DNA of 64,000 nucleotides from an uncultured Gemmatimonadaceae bacterium (GCA_963740355.1 CAVUDW010000002.1:736001-800000), one strand, 5' to 3'. Counted from the stretch's first letter, positions 28,204 to 39,786 are shown. Notes: generated by a model not told the origin, from the letters alone. Translations and numbers: made by a program.

Positions 28204-29594
28204 GTCATCGCCTGCGAGCGGACAGCTCGCCGCGCAGCCTCCTCGAGCCCGCCCGTGTGTTGTCGCAGGCCGAAGCCGAGTCCCTTGCCAAGCGCATCGT
28301 CGGATTCTCGCAGGCCGACAGCTGCCGTGTCTCGATCGGAAGCTCGGCACGCGGCAACACCCGCTTCGCCGTCAACCAGGTCTCGACGTCGGGCGACAAT
28401 GAAGATGTGAGTGTCCGGGTCCGCGTCACGGTCGGCAAGAAAGTCGGTGCCGCCACGACCAATCGTCTCGACGACGAAGCGCTCCGACAGGTGGTGCAGA
28501 TCGCCGAGCGGATCGCGAAACTGCAGCCGGATGATCCGGAGCTGATGCCGGAACTCGGGCCCCAGACGTACACCAGCGTCGACGCCTACCACGCCGCCAC
28601 CGCCGCCGCCGAACCGGCACAGCGCGCGGAAATCGTGCGGAAGGTGACGGAAGCCTCGCGCGCCGCAGGTCTCAGCTCCACCGGCTATCTCGAAATCGTC
28701 ACCTCCGCCAACGCGATCGCGAACTCGGCGGGATTGTTTGCCTACCATCGCAGCACCGATTGCGCCTTCACCACCACCGTGCGCACGACCGATGGCGCAG
28801 GGTCGGGCTGGGCTGGAGCGGCGTCGCGTGACATCGGTGCGATCGACGGCGCGGCACTGGCAGCGACCGCCATCGACAAGGCGAAGCGATCACTGAATGC
28901 CGTGGCGGTCGAACCGGGACGCTACACCGTCGTGCTCGAACCAACCGCCGTCGGCAACCTCGTGCAGCTGATGGCGTTCGCCACCAATGCGCGCCAGGCC
29001 GACGAAGGCCGGAGCTTCTTCTCGAAGCCAGGCGGCGGCACCAAGATCGGCATGAAGGTCGTCGACGAGCGGGTGAACCTGCTCTCCGACCCACAGGATT
29101 CGCTGGCGCCGGGCGTGCCCTTCGATGGGGATGGCCTGCCCACGCGGAAGGTCAACTGGATCGATGCAGGCGTGGTGAAGGAGCTTGGCTACGATCGGTA
29201 CTGGGCGTCGAAGAAGAGCGTGTCGCCCGTCGTGTTGCCGGGATGTTTGCAGATGGGTGGTGGCTCGCAGAGCGTGCAGGACATGATCGCATCCACCGAG
29301 CGCGGGATCCTCGTCACGCGCTTCTGGTACATCCGTCCCGTCGATCCGCGCACCATTCTCTACACCGGCCTGACGCGTGATGGCACGTTCCTGATCGAGC
29401 GCGGCCGTGTGACCAAGGCCATCAAAAATTTACGCTTTAACGAGTCACCCGTCTTCTTGCTGAACAACATCGAGGCGCTCGGGAAACCGCAGCGCGTCAG
29501 TGCCAGTGAAAGCGGATCGGCCGGTGTGCCGATCGTGGTGCCGGCGATCAAGGCGCGCGATTTCACGTTCACCAGCTTGAGCGACGCGGTATAG
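28200..29594 (+). CDS. TldE/PmbA-family partner subunit
   Basis: NTRFAVN, IANSAG, PGRYTVVLEP, PFDGDG, TGLTRDG, NLRFNESP; no HExxxH; ATGA overlap with tldD. Confidence 0.88.
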   Translation: MSHRLRADSSPRSLLEPARVLSQAEAESLAKRIVGFSQADSCRVSIGSSARGNTRFAVNQVSTSGDNEDVSVRVRVTVGKKVGAATTNRLDDEALRQVVQIAERIAKLQPDDPELMPELGPQTYTSVDAYHAATAAAEPAQRAEIVRKVTEASRAAGLSSTGYLEIVTSANAIANSAGLFAYHRSTDCAFTTTVRTTDGAGSGWAGAASRDIGAIDGAALAATAIDKAKRSLNAVAVEPGRYTVVLEPTAVGNLVQLMAFATNARQADEGRSFFSKPGGGTKIGMKVVDERVNLLSDPQDSLAPGVPFDGDGLPTRKVNWIDAGVVKELGYDRYWASKKSVSPVVLPGCLQMGGGSQSVQDMIASTERGILVTRFWYIRPVDPRTILYTGLTRDGTFLIERGRVTKAIKNLRFNESPVFLLNNIEALGKPQRVSASESGSAGVPIVVPAIKARDFTFTSLSDAV

Positions 29595-29753
29595 GGTTAG
29601 CGTGCGACGATAAGGTCGCGCGCGCAGGACGTCGGCTTCTCTCTGGAGGAGTCGGCCGTGGGGGCCTCCCGCCCGGTCGGGCGTGGCCCCTTGGTTCCGG
29701 TCTCCACCGGGGGAGGCACGGGCCGTATCACTCCAGTTCTGGAGGAAGTACCA

Positions 29754-30083
29754 ATGGCTGCAAAGAAGGCTGCTAAGAAGTCTGCGAAGAAGGGCGTCAA
29801 GCGCGCCGCCAAGAAGGGCGCAAAGCGCGCTGCCAAGAAGGGCGCAAAGCGCGCCGCCAAGAAGGGCGCAAAGAAGGGCGCCAAGAAGGCTGCGAAGAAG
29901 GGCGCCAAGAAGGCCGCGAAGAAGGGTGGCCGCAAGGCTGCGAAGAAGGGCGCAAAGAAGGCTGCCAAGAAGGGCGCAAAGAAGGCTGCCAAGAAGGGCG
30001 CAAAGAAGGCTGCCAAGAAGACCAAGAAGCGCGCAGCCAAGAAGGCAAAGGCACCAGCTGCTCCTGCTGCGCCGGCGATGTAA
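29754..30083 (+). CDS. Histone H1-like/Hc2-like Lys/Ala-rich basic protein (109 aa)
   Basis: GGAGG RBS; almost entirely (A/G)AKK/(A/G)AKR repeats, no acidic residues. Confidence 0.85.
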   Translation: MAAKKAAKKSAKKGVKRAAKKGAKRAAKKGAKRAAKKGAKKGAKKAAKKGAKKAAKKGGRKAAKKGAKKAAKKGAKKAAKKGAKKAAKKTKKRAAKKAKAPAAPAAPAM

Positions 30084-30136
30084 TCTCGGCCTTGCCGAGA
30101 TTCAAACGGGGGTGGCGCTTTTGGCGTCACCCCCGT
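30082..30136 (+). terminator. Two tandem hairpins after the basic-protein gene
   Basis: AATCTCGGC-CTT-GCCGAGATT (30082-30102) and ACGGGGGTGGCGC...GCGTCACCCCCGT (30106-30136); no strong U-tract. Confidence 0.5.
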
Positions 30137-30158
30137 CGTCGTTCGTGCCACTGCCGAT

Positions 30159-30263
30159 CCCGATCAAGGGGTCAGATCAAGGGGTCAGAGATCTTGGTCG
30201 GTGAACGAGGAAGGGGTCAGAGATCCAGACTGGTGAACCAGCAAGATCTCTGACCCCTTGATC
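30159..30263. repeat. REP/REPIN-like inverted-repeat cassette (left)
   Basis: GATCAAGGGGTCAGAGATCTTG at 30175-30196, exact reverse complement at 30242-30263, partial copies at 30162-30174 and 30211-30225. Confidence 0.9.
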
Positions 30264-30282
30264 AACCACTTGGTGCGTCAGA

Positions 30283-31470
30283 TCACCGGAGCGGGCAGAT
30301 GCGTCCGTTGATGTCCGTCAACGCTTCGTACGAGTCCTTCAGCGTCGTGTAGGCGCCGTTGGTCCCAGGATACGCCGCGTTGAACTGCGAGATCACCGTG
30401 GCCGGCGACAGCTCGAAGCTGGAGCCAAGCTGCGCACCGTTGAGGAGCGCGCTCACCGTCTGGCGGCCGAGTGCATTCAAGCCGCCGCCGCCCAAGGCGA
30501 GCACCTGCTGCAACGTCTTGCCGGGGAATGCATTGTCGAACACCGCGCTGAATTGCGTGGTCGGGAGGTACGGGGCGGGCCAGACATCATGCGTCTTCCA
30601 GTAGCCCGGTGAGCAGCCCTTGCCGCCAACGACCGCTGGTACGACGGACCAGATGTAGTCGTTGTAGTCCGAGTCGCGGAACTCGGTGTTCTCCGGCAGC
30701 AACTCGAGCTTGTTGTCCTCGGCGCCCACCAGGAACTTCGACTGGTCGTCGTTCGAGAACATCGCGAACTGATTGTACTGTGGCGCAGAGAATCCGCCCT
30801 CAGCGTCGCTGCAATCCGTATCGTCGCCCAGACAACCACCGGTGGTCGGATTGAAGTCGTTCCGGATGAAGAAGCCCCACTTGCGACCGCCTGTCATGCT
30901 CGCGTCGATCGTGATCTGGTGATTGACGGTCCGGTCGGTCCAGAGCGCGACGTCGTGGAACACGTAGCCGGCGCCGTCCTTGGTGAACCATCCGACAGTG
31001 CTCTTCGAGCCAGCGTAGGAGCCGAGTAGCGTCACCGTGTACGAGCGAGTGCCATCGAAGGTGAAGGCCGAAGCGTCGTTTCCGAGCGTGCCATCGCCCC
31101 AGAACTTGGTGTATCCACCCTGATTCGCATTCGATCCGGCAGCCTGATTCTGGCAATCAGTCGCGAGCGTGCCTGACGCGTAAAAGCCGATGTTGCATGC
31201 ACTCGTCGCGGCGTCATCGGCGGATGGGTTGTCCCAGAATTCCGAACTTCCGCGACCGCTGTTGTTTGCGGTGGCGGTGTTGAATGCGCCGGCCGTCGTT
31301 CCAGGAATCACATCCGCAATCGCGAGCGAGACTGGACTGATGTTGACCGCATCCTGACGGGCGTCAACGGTGGTCGGAGTTGAAGTGGTGGTGTCACACG
31401 CGGCCAGCGTGAGCAGGGCGCTCATGCCGATCGCCGTGAGACGGCGTGTCTGAGGATTTCGCAGCGTCAC
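30283..31470 (-). CDS. Hypothetical lipoprotein (DUF4114-like EDx..DxDYND segment; C-terminal GCSPGYWK domain)
   Basis: GGAGA RBS, GTG start, lipobox LTLAAC; VGAEDNK...DSDYNDYIW; GKGCSPGYWKTH...GGGGLNALGRQTVSALLN. Confidence 0.8.
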   Translation of the reverse strand: MTLRNPQTRRLTAIGMSALLTLAACDTTTSTPTTVDARQDAVNISPVSLAIADVIPGTTAGAFNTATANNSGRGSSEFWDNPSADDAATSACNIGFYASGTLATDCQNQAAGSNANQGGYTKFWGDGTLGNDASAFTFDGTRSYTVTLLGSYAGSKSTVGWFTKDGAGYVFHDVALWTDRTVNHQITIDASMTGGRKWGFFIRNDFNPTTGGCLGDDTDCSDAEGGFSAPQYNQFAMFSNDDQSKFLVGAEDNKLELLPENTEFRDSDYNDYIWSVVPAVVGGKGCSPGYWKTHDVWPAPYLPTTQFSAVFDNAFPGKTLQQVLALGGGGLNALGRQTVSALLNGAQLGSSFELSPATVISQFNAAYPGTNGAYTTLKDSYEALTDINGRICPLR

Positions 31471-31518
31471 GAGATCTCCCGGGGGGGTGGGGTGGGTATT
31501 TCGGGAAGTTAATTTTTC

Positions 31519-31534
31519 TGCATGTGCCATACCG
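31519..31534 (-). promoter_or_regulatory. Candidate sigma54 (-24/-12) promoter for the lipoprotein gene
   Basis: Minus strand CGGTATGGCACATGCA = GG-N10-GC, about 50 nt upstream of the start codon. Confidence 0.4.
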
Positions 31535-31633
31535 TGCGGGCTGATAGTACACTCGTGTAATGATTCATGAATTCGTGCCGAGCTGGGCTTTTAATACGAG
31601 CTCGTGTGTATGCGCTGACGCTGTCTAACGCGC

Positions 31634-31803
31634 GATCAAGGGGTCAGAGATCTTGATCTGCGTTGGCGCATCTGTCGCCAAGCAAGGACGCCGACGCCTT
31701 GGTGCCTGTCGAGGACAGACCCGCGGAAACCGGTCACTGCCTCGCGACGAATATCGAGGTCGTGCGCGGAAACGACACCAAGATCTCTGACCCCTTGATC
31801 GGG
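31634..31803. repeat. REP/REPIN-like inverted-repeat cassette (right)
   Basis: Same 22-mer at 31634-31655 and exact reverse complement at 31779-31800. Confidence 0.9.
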
Positions 31804-31825
31804 TGTTCTGCAGCGTTGCAGGCAC

Positions 31826-31862
31826 AAAAAAACGGAGGCGATGCCGTGTGGCACCACCTCCG
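31826..31862 (-). terminator. Intrinsic terminator for the small ORF
   Basis: Minus strand CGGAGGTGGTGCC-loop-GGCATCGCCTCCG followed by T7. Confidence 0.75.
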
Positions 31863-31922
31863 CTTCAGCGCGACCTCAGAGTCGTCGCGCCTGGCCCGCG
31901 CTACGCACGCGAACCGTTTCGT

Positions 31923-32069
31923 TTATGCCGCGACGAGCTCCGGCATCTCTGCGTCCGCTGGACCCCAGACAAAAGCCAACACCGTCGGCGCCATGTCCTG
32001 CTCAGCGCCACGGGAAATCACGATGCCCATCGGCTCATCATTCGGCAGCTGCATCTTCTTCTTCGCCAT
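31923..32069 (-). CDS. Small hypothetical protein (48 aa)
   Basis: GGAGAGAG RBS before ATG; MAKKKMQLPNDEPMGIVISRGAEQDMAPTVLAFVWGPADAEMPELVAA; own promoter and terminator. Confidence 0.7.
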   Translation of the reverse strand: MAKKKMQLPNDEPMGIVISRGAEQDMAPTVLAFVWGPADAEMPELVAA

Positions 32070-32186
32070 ACTCTCTCCGGATCGTCTCCCGGGATCACGA
32101 TCCGCCACACATATGTATGAGTGTGATGCGGCCGGTAATCTGATGCCCGGGGCGCCAGCCTCTGGCGCGTGTCTGACGTGAGAAAG

Positions 32187-32202
32187 TGCATGACCGGTGC
32201 CG
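32187..32202 (-). promoter_or_regulatory. Sigma54 (-24/-12) promoter
   Basis: Minus strand CGGCACCGGTCATGCA, near-match to TGGCAC-N5-TTGCA with exact spacing. Confidence 0.65.
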
Positions 32203-32219
32203 CAAACTGACAATGCGTC

Positions 32220-32244
32220 TAAGTCATTGTTTGGCAATGACTTA
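32220..32244. promoter_or_regulatory. Palindromic double IHF-like site
   Basis: TAAGTCATTG-N5-CAATGACTTA; each arm matches CAAnnnnTTR; about -44 to -68 relative to the sigma54 promoter. Confidence 0.6.
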
Positions 32245-32316
32245 GTGGACTTACGAGGTGCGAAATCAGCCTCGCCGTGTCGCCAAATGACACGGGAATG
32301 TGTCTGGGCTGTGTCG

Positions 32317-33102
32317 TTACGCCACGCGTGGCTTGTGCAGCACGATCACGCCATCGCCGGTGTCTTCCGGCGTCCGCCAGCCGGGGTAGTTGGCGATCAG
32401 GGAGCGAATCGACGCGGTCCCTCGCGATTCGTTCGGAACGCCTTCGATGTAGTGGACTCCACCCGCCGCGGTGGCATCCTGGAGGTGCGCGAGCACCCGT
32501 TTCCGCCGCTCGGGCGACAGGGCGTCGAGCACCTGCGCATGCCAGATCACCGCTCGAACCGGCACCACCGGCAACCACTCATCGAGCCCATCCGCACAAC
32601 CGATCACCTGCCCGGACAAGCCCGCCAGCGCGGCCGCGACCAACACCTTCGTCACCAGCTCCTCGTCGTCGAGCTCACCAATCGCGGTGACATGTGCCCC
32701 GTGTGCTGCCAGATAGAGCGTGCGTTCCTCGACGTGCGGGCCCGCGACCACGACATGCGGATGATCCTGTGGCCGAACTGCATCCACCAGGTGCTGCGTC
32801 GTCGCCATTCCCCAGTGGTCGGCGCGCCGAAACTGCTCGAGCATCTTGAGACGATTTCGCCGCCAGCGGTCATACGGCGGAATCTTCAGGCGACGCATGA
32901 TCAACTCGTTCACGGCATCGCAGAGCACCAGTTCGCTCAACTCGAGCTGGGCGCCAGAACTCATCGCCGCCACTGCGTCATCTGCGAGCTTCAGCAGTGA
33001 ACTGCGTGGGATCGAGTCCTTGTACCGTTCGATCTCGAGATCGACGTAAGTCGCGTATTCGTGCTTGAGCGAGCGTGTCGGCGTCGACAGCAGCATAGGC
33101 AT
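32317..33102 (-). CDS. Hypothetical protein; helical N-terminus plus degenerate SAM-methyltransferase-like C-terminus
   Basis: Protein-like ORF; LYLAAHGAHVTAI and RKRVLAHLQDATAAGGVH resemble class I MTase elements without a clear GxGxG. Confidence 0.6.
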   Translation of the reverse strand: MPMLLSTPTRSLKHEYATYVDLEIERYKDSIPRSSLLKLADDAVAAMSSGAQLELSELVLCDAVNELIMRRLKIPPYDRWRRNRLKMLEQFRRADHWGMATTQHLVDAVRPQDHPHVVVAGPHVEERTLYLAAHGAHVTAIGELDDEELVTKVLVAAALAGLSGQVIGCADGLDEWLPVVPVRAVIWHAQVLDALSPERRKRVLAHLQDATAAGGVHYIEGVPNESRGTASIRSLIANYPGWRTPEDTGDGVIVLHKPRVA

Positions 33103-33215
33103 CCGTGTGGTCAGCGTGCGCGGCAAGGTGCCTTGGCCGGTGCGTGAATGCAAGTGCATCGGGCATTCGTTCCCGGTCGTCGTCACTGGCGCGTCGTGCT
33201 ATTCATTCATGCCTG

Positions 33216-33995
33216 ATGCCAGAACTCCCTGAAGTCGAAGGTGCGGCGCGGTTCCTCAACACGCAGATCGCCGGCCGCACATTGCGATCCGTTGCATGGC
33301 TGCACCCGGCGCTCGAACGACATGTCGATCGACGCATCGACACGCTCGTCGGTCGCTGCGTGACCGATGTCGTTCGCGTGGCCAAGTGGCAGGAAGTCCG
33401 TTTTTCGGATGGCGCGGTGCTGGTGGTGCACTTCCGCATGACGGGCGACTGGGCGGTGTCGTCGCGCCCAGTGCCGCCGACGCACGCGCGCGCTCACTTC
33501 GCGTTCAGTGGTTCGCGCCACATCTGGCTGGTCGATCCGCGGGTGTTGGCGCGACTCGAACTGCGCCAGCCCGGTGATGTCGTGCGCGCCAGCCGCGTCG
33601 GACCGGATGCGCTGGACCCCGCGCTCGATGCCCGGCAATTGCGCGCCAGGATGGCGACGCGTCGAGCACCGATCAAGCAGGTGCTGCTCGACCAATCGGT
33701 GCTCGCCGGCGTCGGCAACATTTACGCGGCGGAGGCACTGTGGCATGCGCGAATCGACCCCGAGACGCCAGCGCGGCAGCTCTCGACGGCACGGGTCGAA
33801 CGTGTCCTCGCCGGCATTCGCTGGACGATGGGCCTCGCGTTCGAGCAGATGGGTCGTCACCAATACGGCGAAGCCACCGATCGATTCAGCGTCTACGATC
33901 GAGCAGGGCACCCATGTCCGCGGTGCACCACCCCGATCACGCGCATCACGCAAGGCCAGCGCTCCACATACCTCTGCAAACGCTGCCAGCGCTGA
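33216..33995 (+). CDS. mutM: Formamidopyrimidine-DNA glycosylase (Fpg/Nei family)
   Basis: MPELPEVE, HFRMTG, IKQVLLDQSVLAGVGNIYA, zinc finger CPRC...RST..CKRCQ. Confidence 0.93.
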   Translation: MPELPEVEGAARFLNTQIAGRTLRSVAWLHPALERHVDRRIDTLVGRCVTDVVRVAKWQEVRFSDGAVLVVHFRMTGDWAVSSRPVPPTHARAHFAFSGSRHIWLVDPRVLARLELRQPGDVVRASRVGPDALDPALDARQLRARMATRRAPIKQVLLDQSVLAGVGNIYAAEALWHARIDPETPARQLSTARVERVLAGIRWTMGLAFEQMGRHQYGEATDRFSVYDRAGHPCPRCTTPITRITQGQRSTYLCKRCQR

Positions 33996-34162
33996 TACTT
34001 ACGCGCAGTGTTCAATGTGATCACCGGCGATCGGGAGCGCGCTGGCAGTTTTGCGGCTGTCGCAGTTCCCCTAGGCAGTTTTGCGTTTAGGCCGTTCAGC
34101 CGTGCAGTTCTCTGCGTCTTTGCGCCCCTGCGATTCGCAGTTCCGTCGTGCGAGGAGTGCCG

Positions 34163-35344
34163 CTATGCCATTGCCTCGAGCAGCGCTCCCTTGAGGTAGC
34201 CAGTCTCGGGAACGGTGAGCAGGATCGGGTGATCGAGTGGCTGGGTGGTGATCTGGCGGATGGCGATGTTGCGTCCGCTTTCGGCGGCGGCGTATTCGAG
34301 CAGCTCGAGGAAGTCGGGGACGTGGACGTGGTGGCTGCAGCTAGCGGTGAACATCAGGCCACCCGGCGTGAGCAGCTGCATGGCGATGCGATTGATGTCG
34401 GCATATCCGCGCATCGCGTGGGAGACCGACGACCGGTTCTTGGCGAAGGCAGGTGGATCGACCACGATCGTGTCGAAACGATCGCCACGTGCCTTCGCTT
34501 CGCGGAGATATTCGAAGGCATCGGCGACAATCGGCGTGATGTTGCTGTAGCCATTGAGTGCGGCGTTTTCCGTGGCGCGATCGAGTGCGGCGGCGGAGGC
34601 GTCCACGGCGGTCACGTGTTCGGCGTTGCGCGCGAGGTGCAGCGCGAAGGAGCCGTGATAGCTGAAGCAGTCGAGTGCACGACCGCGCGCCAGCGATCCG
34701 ATCAGCACACGGTTCTCCCGCTGATCGAGGAAGGCCCCCGTCTTTTGGCCGGTGCGCAAGGCTGCCAGGTACTGGATGCCGTGCTCGTTGATCTTGACCG
34801 TGTCCGGCACCGTCCCGGCCAGCACTTCCACCGTGCGCTCGAGGCCCTCGCGTGTGCGGACGGCGGGGTCGTTGCGCGCGAGCATGCCGCGCGGCGCGAC
34901 GAGCGACTGCAGCGCCGCGATGATGTGCGCGCGCTGCGTCTCGAGTCCGGCGCTGAGGAGCTGCAGTACGAGGATGTCGTCGTAGCGATCGACGACGAGG
35001 CTGGGCAGGCCATCGCCTTCGCCATGTACGAGGCGGCAGGCGGTGGTGTGGGCGGCGAGCGGTGCGCGTCGTGCGATCGCGCGCGCCAGCGCGGCGTGCC
35101 ACCAGGCAGCATCGACGACGACATCGGGATCGGCTTCGAGCCGTCGGATCGTGATCTCGGAGGTCGGGCTGTAGAGCGCGGTGCCGAGCTTTCGGCCACC
35201 CGGGCCGCGGACATCGATCAGGCCGGCGTCGACGCGTGGGGCAGTGGCGATGTCGCTGCGGAAGATCCACGGATGGCCGCGGAGCAGGCGTTCGGCGCCG
35301 CGCGAGCCGAGGGTGGCGATCGGGAGTTTCGATGGTGGAGTCAT
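34163..35344 (-). CDS. RlmI/RlmK-like SAM-dependent rRNA methyltransferase
   Basis: GHPWIFRSD (PUA), HGEGDGLPSLVVDRY, GQKTGAFLDQRENR, LDCFSYHGSF, VVDPPAF, TASCS, DHP..PETGYLK. Confidence 0.9.
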   Translation of the reverse strand: MTPPSKLPIATLGSRGAERLLRGHPWIFRSDIATAPRVDAGLIDVRGPGGRKLGTALYSPTSEITIRRLEADPDVVVDAAWWHAALARAIARRAPLAAHTTACRLVHGEGDGLPSLVVDRYDDILVLQLLSAGLETQRAHIIAALQSLVAPRGMLARNDPAVRTREGLERTVEVLAGTVPDTVKINEHGIQYLAALRTGQKTGAFLDQRENRVLIGSLARGRALDCFSYHGSFALHLARNAEHVTAVDASAAALDRATENAALNGYSNITPIVADAFEYLREAKARGDRFDTIVVDPPAFAKNRSSVSHAMRGYADINRIAMQLLTPGGLMFTASCSHHVHVPDFLELLEYAAAESGRNIAIRQITTQPLDHPILLTVPETGYLKGALLEAMA

Positions 35345-35511
35345 GTCGACCGGAGCCTAGTCACCTCGTCGGTCACATGCGTGCTGCGGTGGGCTGCGGT
35401 GGGCTGTGGTGCCCTACGGTGTGCGGCCGTGTGTGCTCTTGCGAGCGGTGCATGTCGACGGCGCATCTCGGTGCATTTCGCCTGTCTCAGCAATTGATGT
35501 CCTCAGCCCCC

Positions 35512-35539
35512 TTGACCCAAAGTTTGAGTCGACTACTTT
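35512..35539 (+). promoter_or_regulatory. Sigma70-type promoter of the 23S-5S unit
   Basis: TTGACC-N16-TACTTT about 200 nt upstream of 23S; boxA-like GATGTTTGATAA at ~35609-35620. Confidence 0.65.
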
Positions 35540-35743
35540 CTTCAGACTCCCCGGGACAATGACCCGGGACGCTGCACGGAAGGGCGCAAGCACGGAAGCG
35601 CAGCGGACGATGTTTGATAATGGAAAGAGTGTGGAGATCGTGGGAAGTGAATCCCATCGTTGACTGGGCACGGCAACGTGTCTATCGCGATGAAGTGATT
35701 GCAGTGTGCATGAATGCGCATGCACGGCTTGACCGGTTAGGGA

Positions 35744-38689
<2,946 letters not shown>

Positions 38690-38878
38690 CCAATACTGTG
38701 ACCAGCACGCAAAAGCCTGGTCACTTACGCAACTCGGTTGCGTCGCCGTGTATGCAATGCACACCGCGAAGACAGCGACAGCTGTCACCACTACACCATG
38801 ATCTCCACACACTTCCATTGTCATCTTCGCAACGACTGACACCACCGTCGTTGCACGCCATTCCCGATACGCGAACCA

Positions 38879-38907
38879 TTGCGCATCGGTGGGCTGCAGG
38901 ATACTTT
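38879..38907 (+). promoter_or_regulatory. Candidate internal promoter for 5S rRNA
   Basis: TTGCGC-N17-TACTTT, then boxA-like GCAGTTTTTGACAA immediately before 5S. Confidence 0.4.
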
Positions 38908-38933
38908 AGATGTATAGCAGTTTTTGACAATAC

Positions 38934-39050
38934 GCTGGCGACTAGAGCGTCGGGGCCACACTCGTTCCCATTCCGAACACGATCGTTAAGCCCGACAGCG
39001 CCGATGGTACTCCGGCCGCGAGGTCGCGGGAGAGTAGGCCGTCGCCGGCA
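38934..39050 (+). rRNA. rrf: 5S ribosomal RNA
   Basis: CCCATTCCGAACAC, CGCCGATGGTACT, GGGAGAGTAGG; terminal pairing GCTGGCGAC/GTCGCCGGC. Confidence 0.97.
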
Positions 39051-39060
39051 CCTTTTGATG

Positions 39061-39096
39061 AAGCCCCGGATCACTCCACGTGATCCGGGGCTTTGT
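39061..39096 (+). terminator. rRNA unit terminator
   Basis: AAGCCCCGGATCAC-loop-GTGATCCGGGGCTT-TGT. Confidence 0.85.
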
Positions 39097-39168
39097 CGTT
39101 CCTGCATACTCGATCCGGCACAACACAACCACACCGATCGCGCCAACAAAGCCGACACCGCACGACCG

Positions 39169-39771
39169 TCAGCCGAACGCCGCCACCAGTGCCGACGCAG
39201 CCACACCGGGATCCGACGCGCCCAACACGGCCCGGATCACCGCCACACCCGACGCGCCGGCACCACGCAGCGACGCCGCCGACTCGGCATCGATCCCGCC
39301 GATCGCAATCGCGGGCCGGCTGCACGCCACCGCCAGGCGATGGAACCCCTCCACCCCAAGCGACGCGTCGCCAGCACCAAGTACAGGACCGATCGTCACG
39401 TAGTCCGCCAGCTCCGCACTCTCCAGATCCGACGCAATAGACACCGAGCCGCCCACCAGGAATGTCGGCGGTACCTGCGTCCGAACTGCCACGACCGGCA
39501 TGCTCGATGACGTCAGATGCACGCCCGCAGCGCCACACGCCAACGCGACATCGAGGCGTTCACTGACGATCACCGGCACGGTCAATCCGCGAACGAGTGC
39601 GCGACCGACTTCCACCAATGTCACGGCGTCCGCATGTTTCAGGCGCAACAGCACCATCGTGGCGCCGCCTCGCTCTGCCGCCTGCGCACGCAGCACCAAG
39701 CCCTCGGTGCCGTCGCGAAGGTCATCGGTGATCGCGCACAGCCGAAGCCGTGGGTCATCATGGTTGATCAT
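39169..39771 (-). CDS. thiE: Thiamine-phosphate synthase
   Basis: LCAITD, GGATMVLLRLK, RLDVALACGAAGVHL, ADYVTIGPV, IAIGGI, GASGVAVIRA; some canonical residues diverged. Confidence 0.78.
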   Translation of the reverse strand: MINHDDPRLRLCAITDDLRDGTEGLVLRAQAAERGGATMVLLRLKHADAVTLVEVGRALVRGLTVPVIVSERLDVALACGAAGVHLTSSSMPVVAVRTQVPPTFLVGGSVSIASDLESAELADYVTIGPVLGAGDASLGVEGFHRLAVACSRPAIAIGGIDAESAASLRGAGASGVAVIRAVLGASDPGVAASALVAAFG

Positions 39772-39786
39772 GTCACCGAGGTTCGC

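Noticed and set aside
30159..31803. 22-bp repeats as a CRISPR array
   Set aside because: Copies are inverted with irregular spacing, and there are no cas genes.
26551..32069. RiPP cluster (TldDE plus 48-aa precursor)
   Set aside because: No YcaO, radical SAM, lanthionine synthetase or transporter; the small ORF has no Cys/Ser/Thr-rich core and is transcribed separately.
35381..35445. GTGGGCTG(C/T)G short tandem repeats upstream of the methyltransferase gene
   Set aside because: Two to three degenerate copies of low complexity; no function can be supported.
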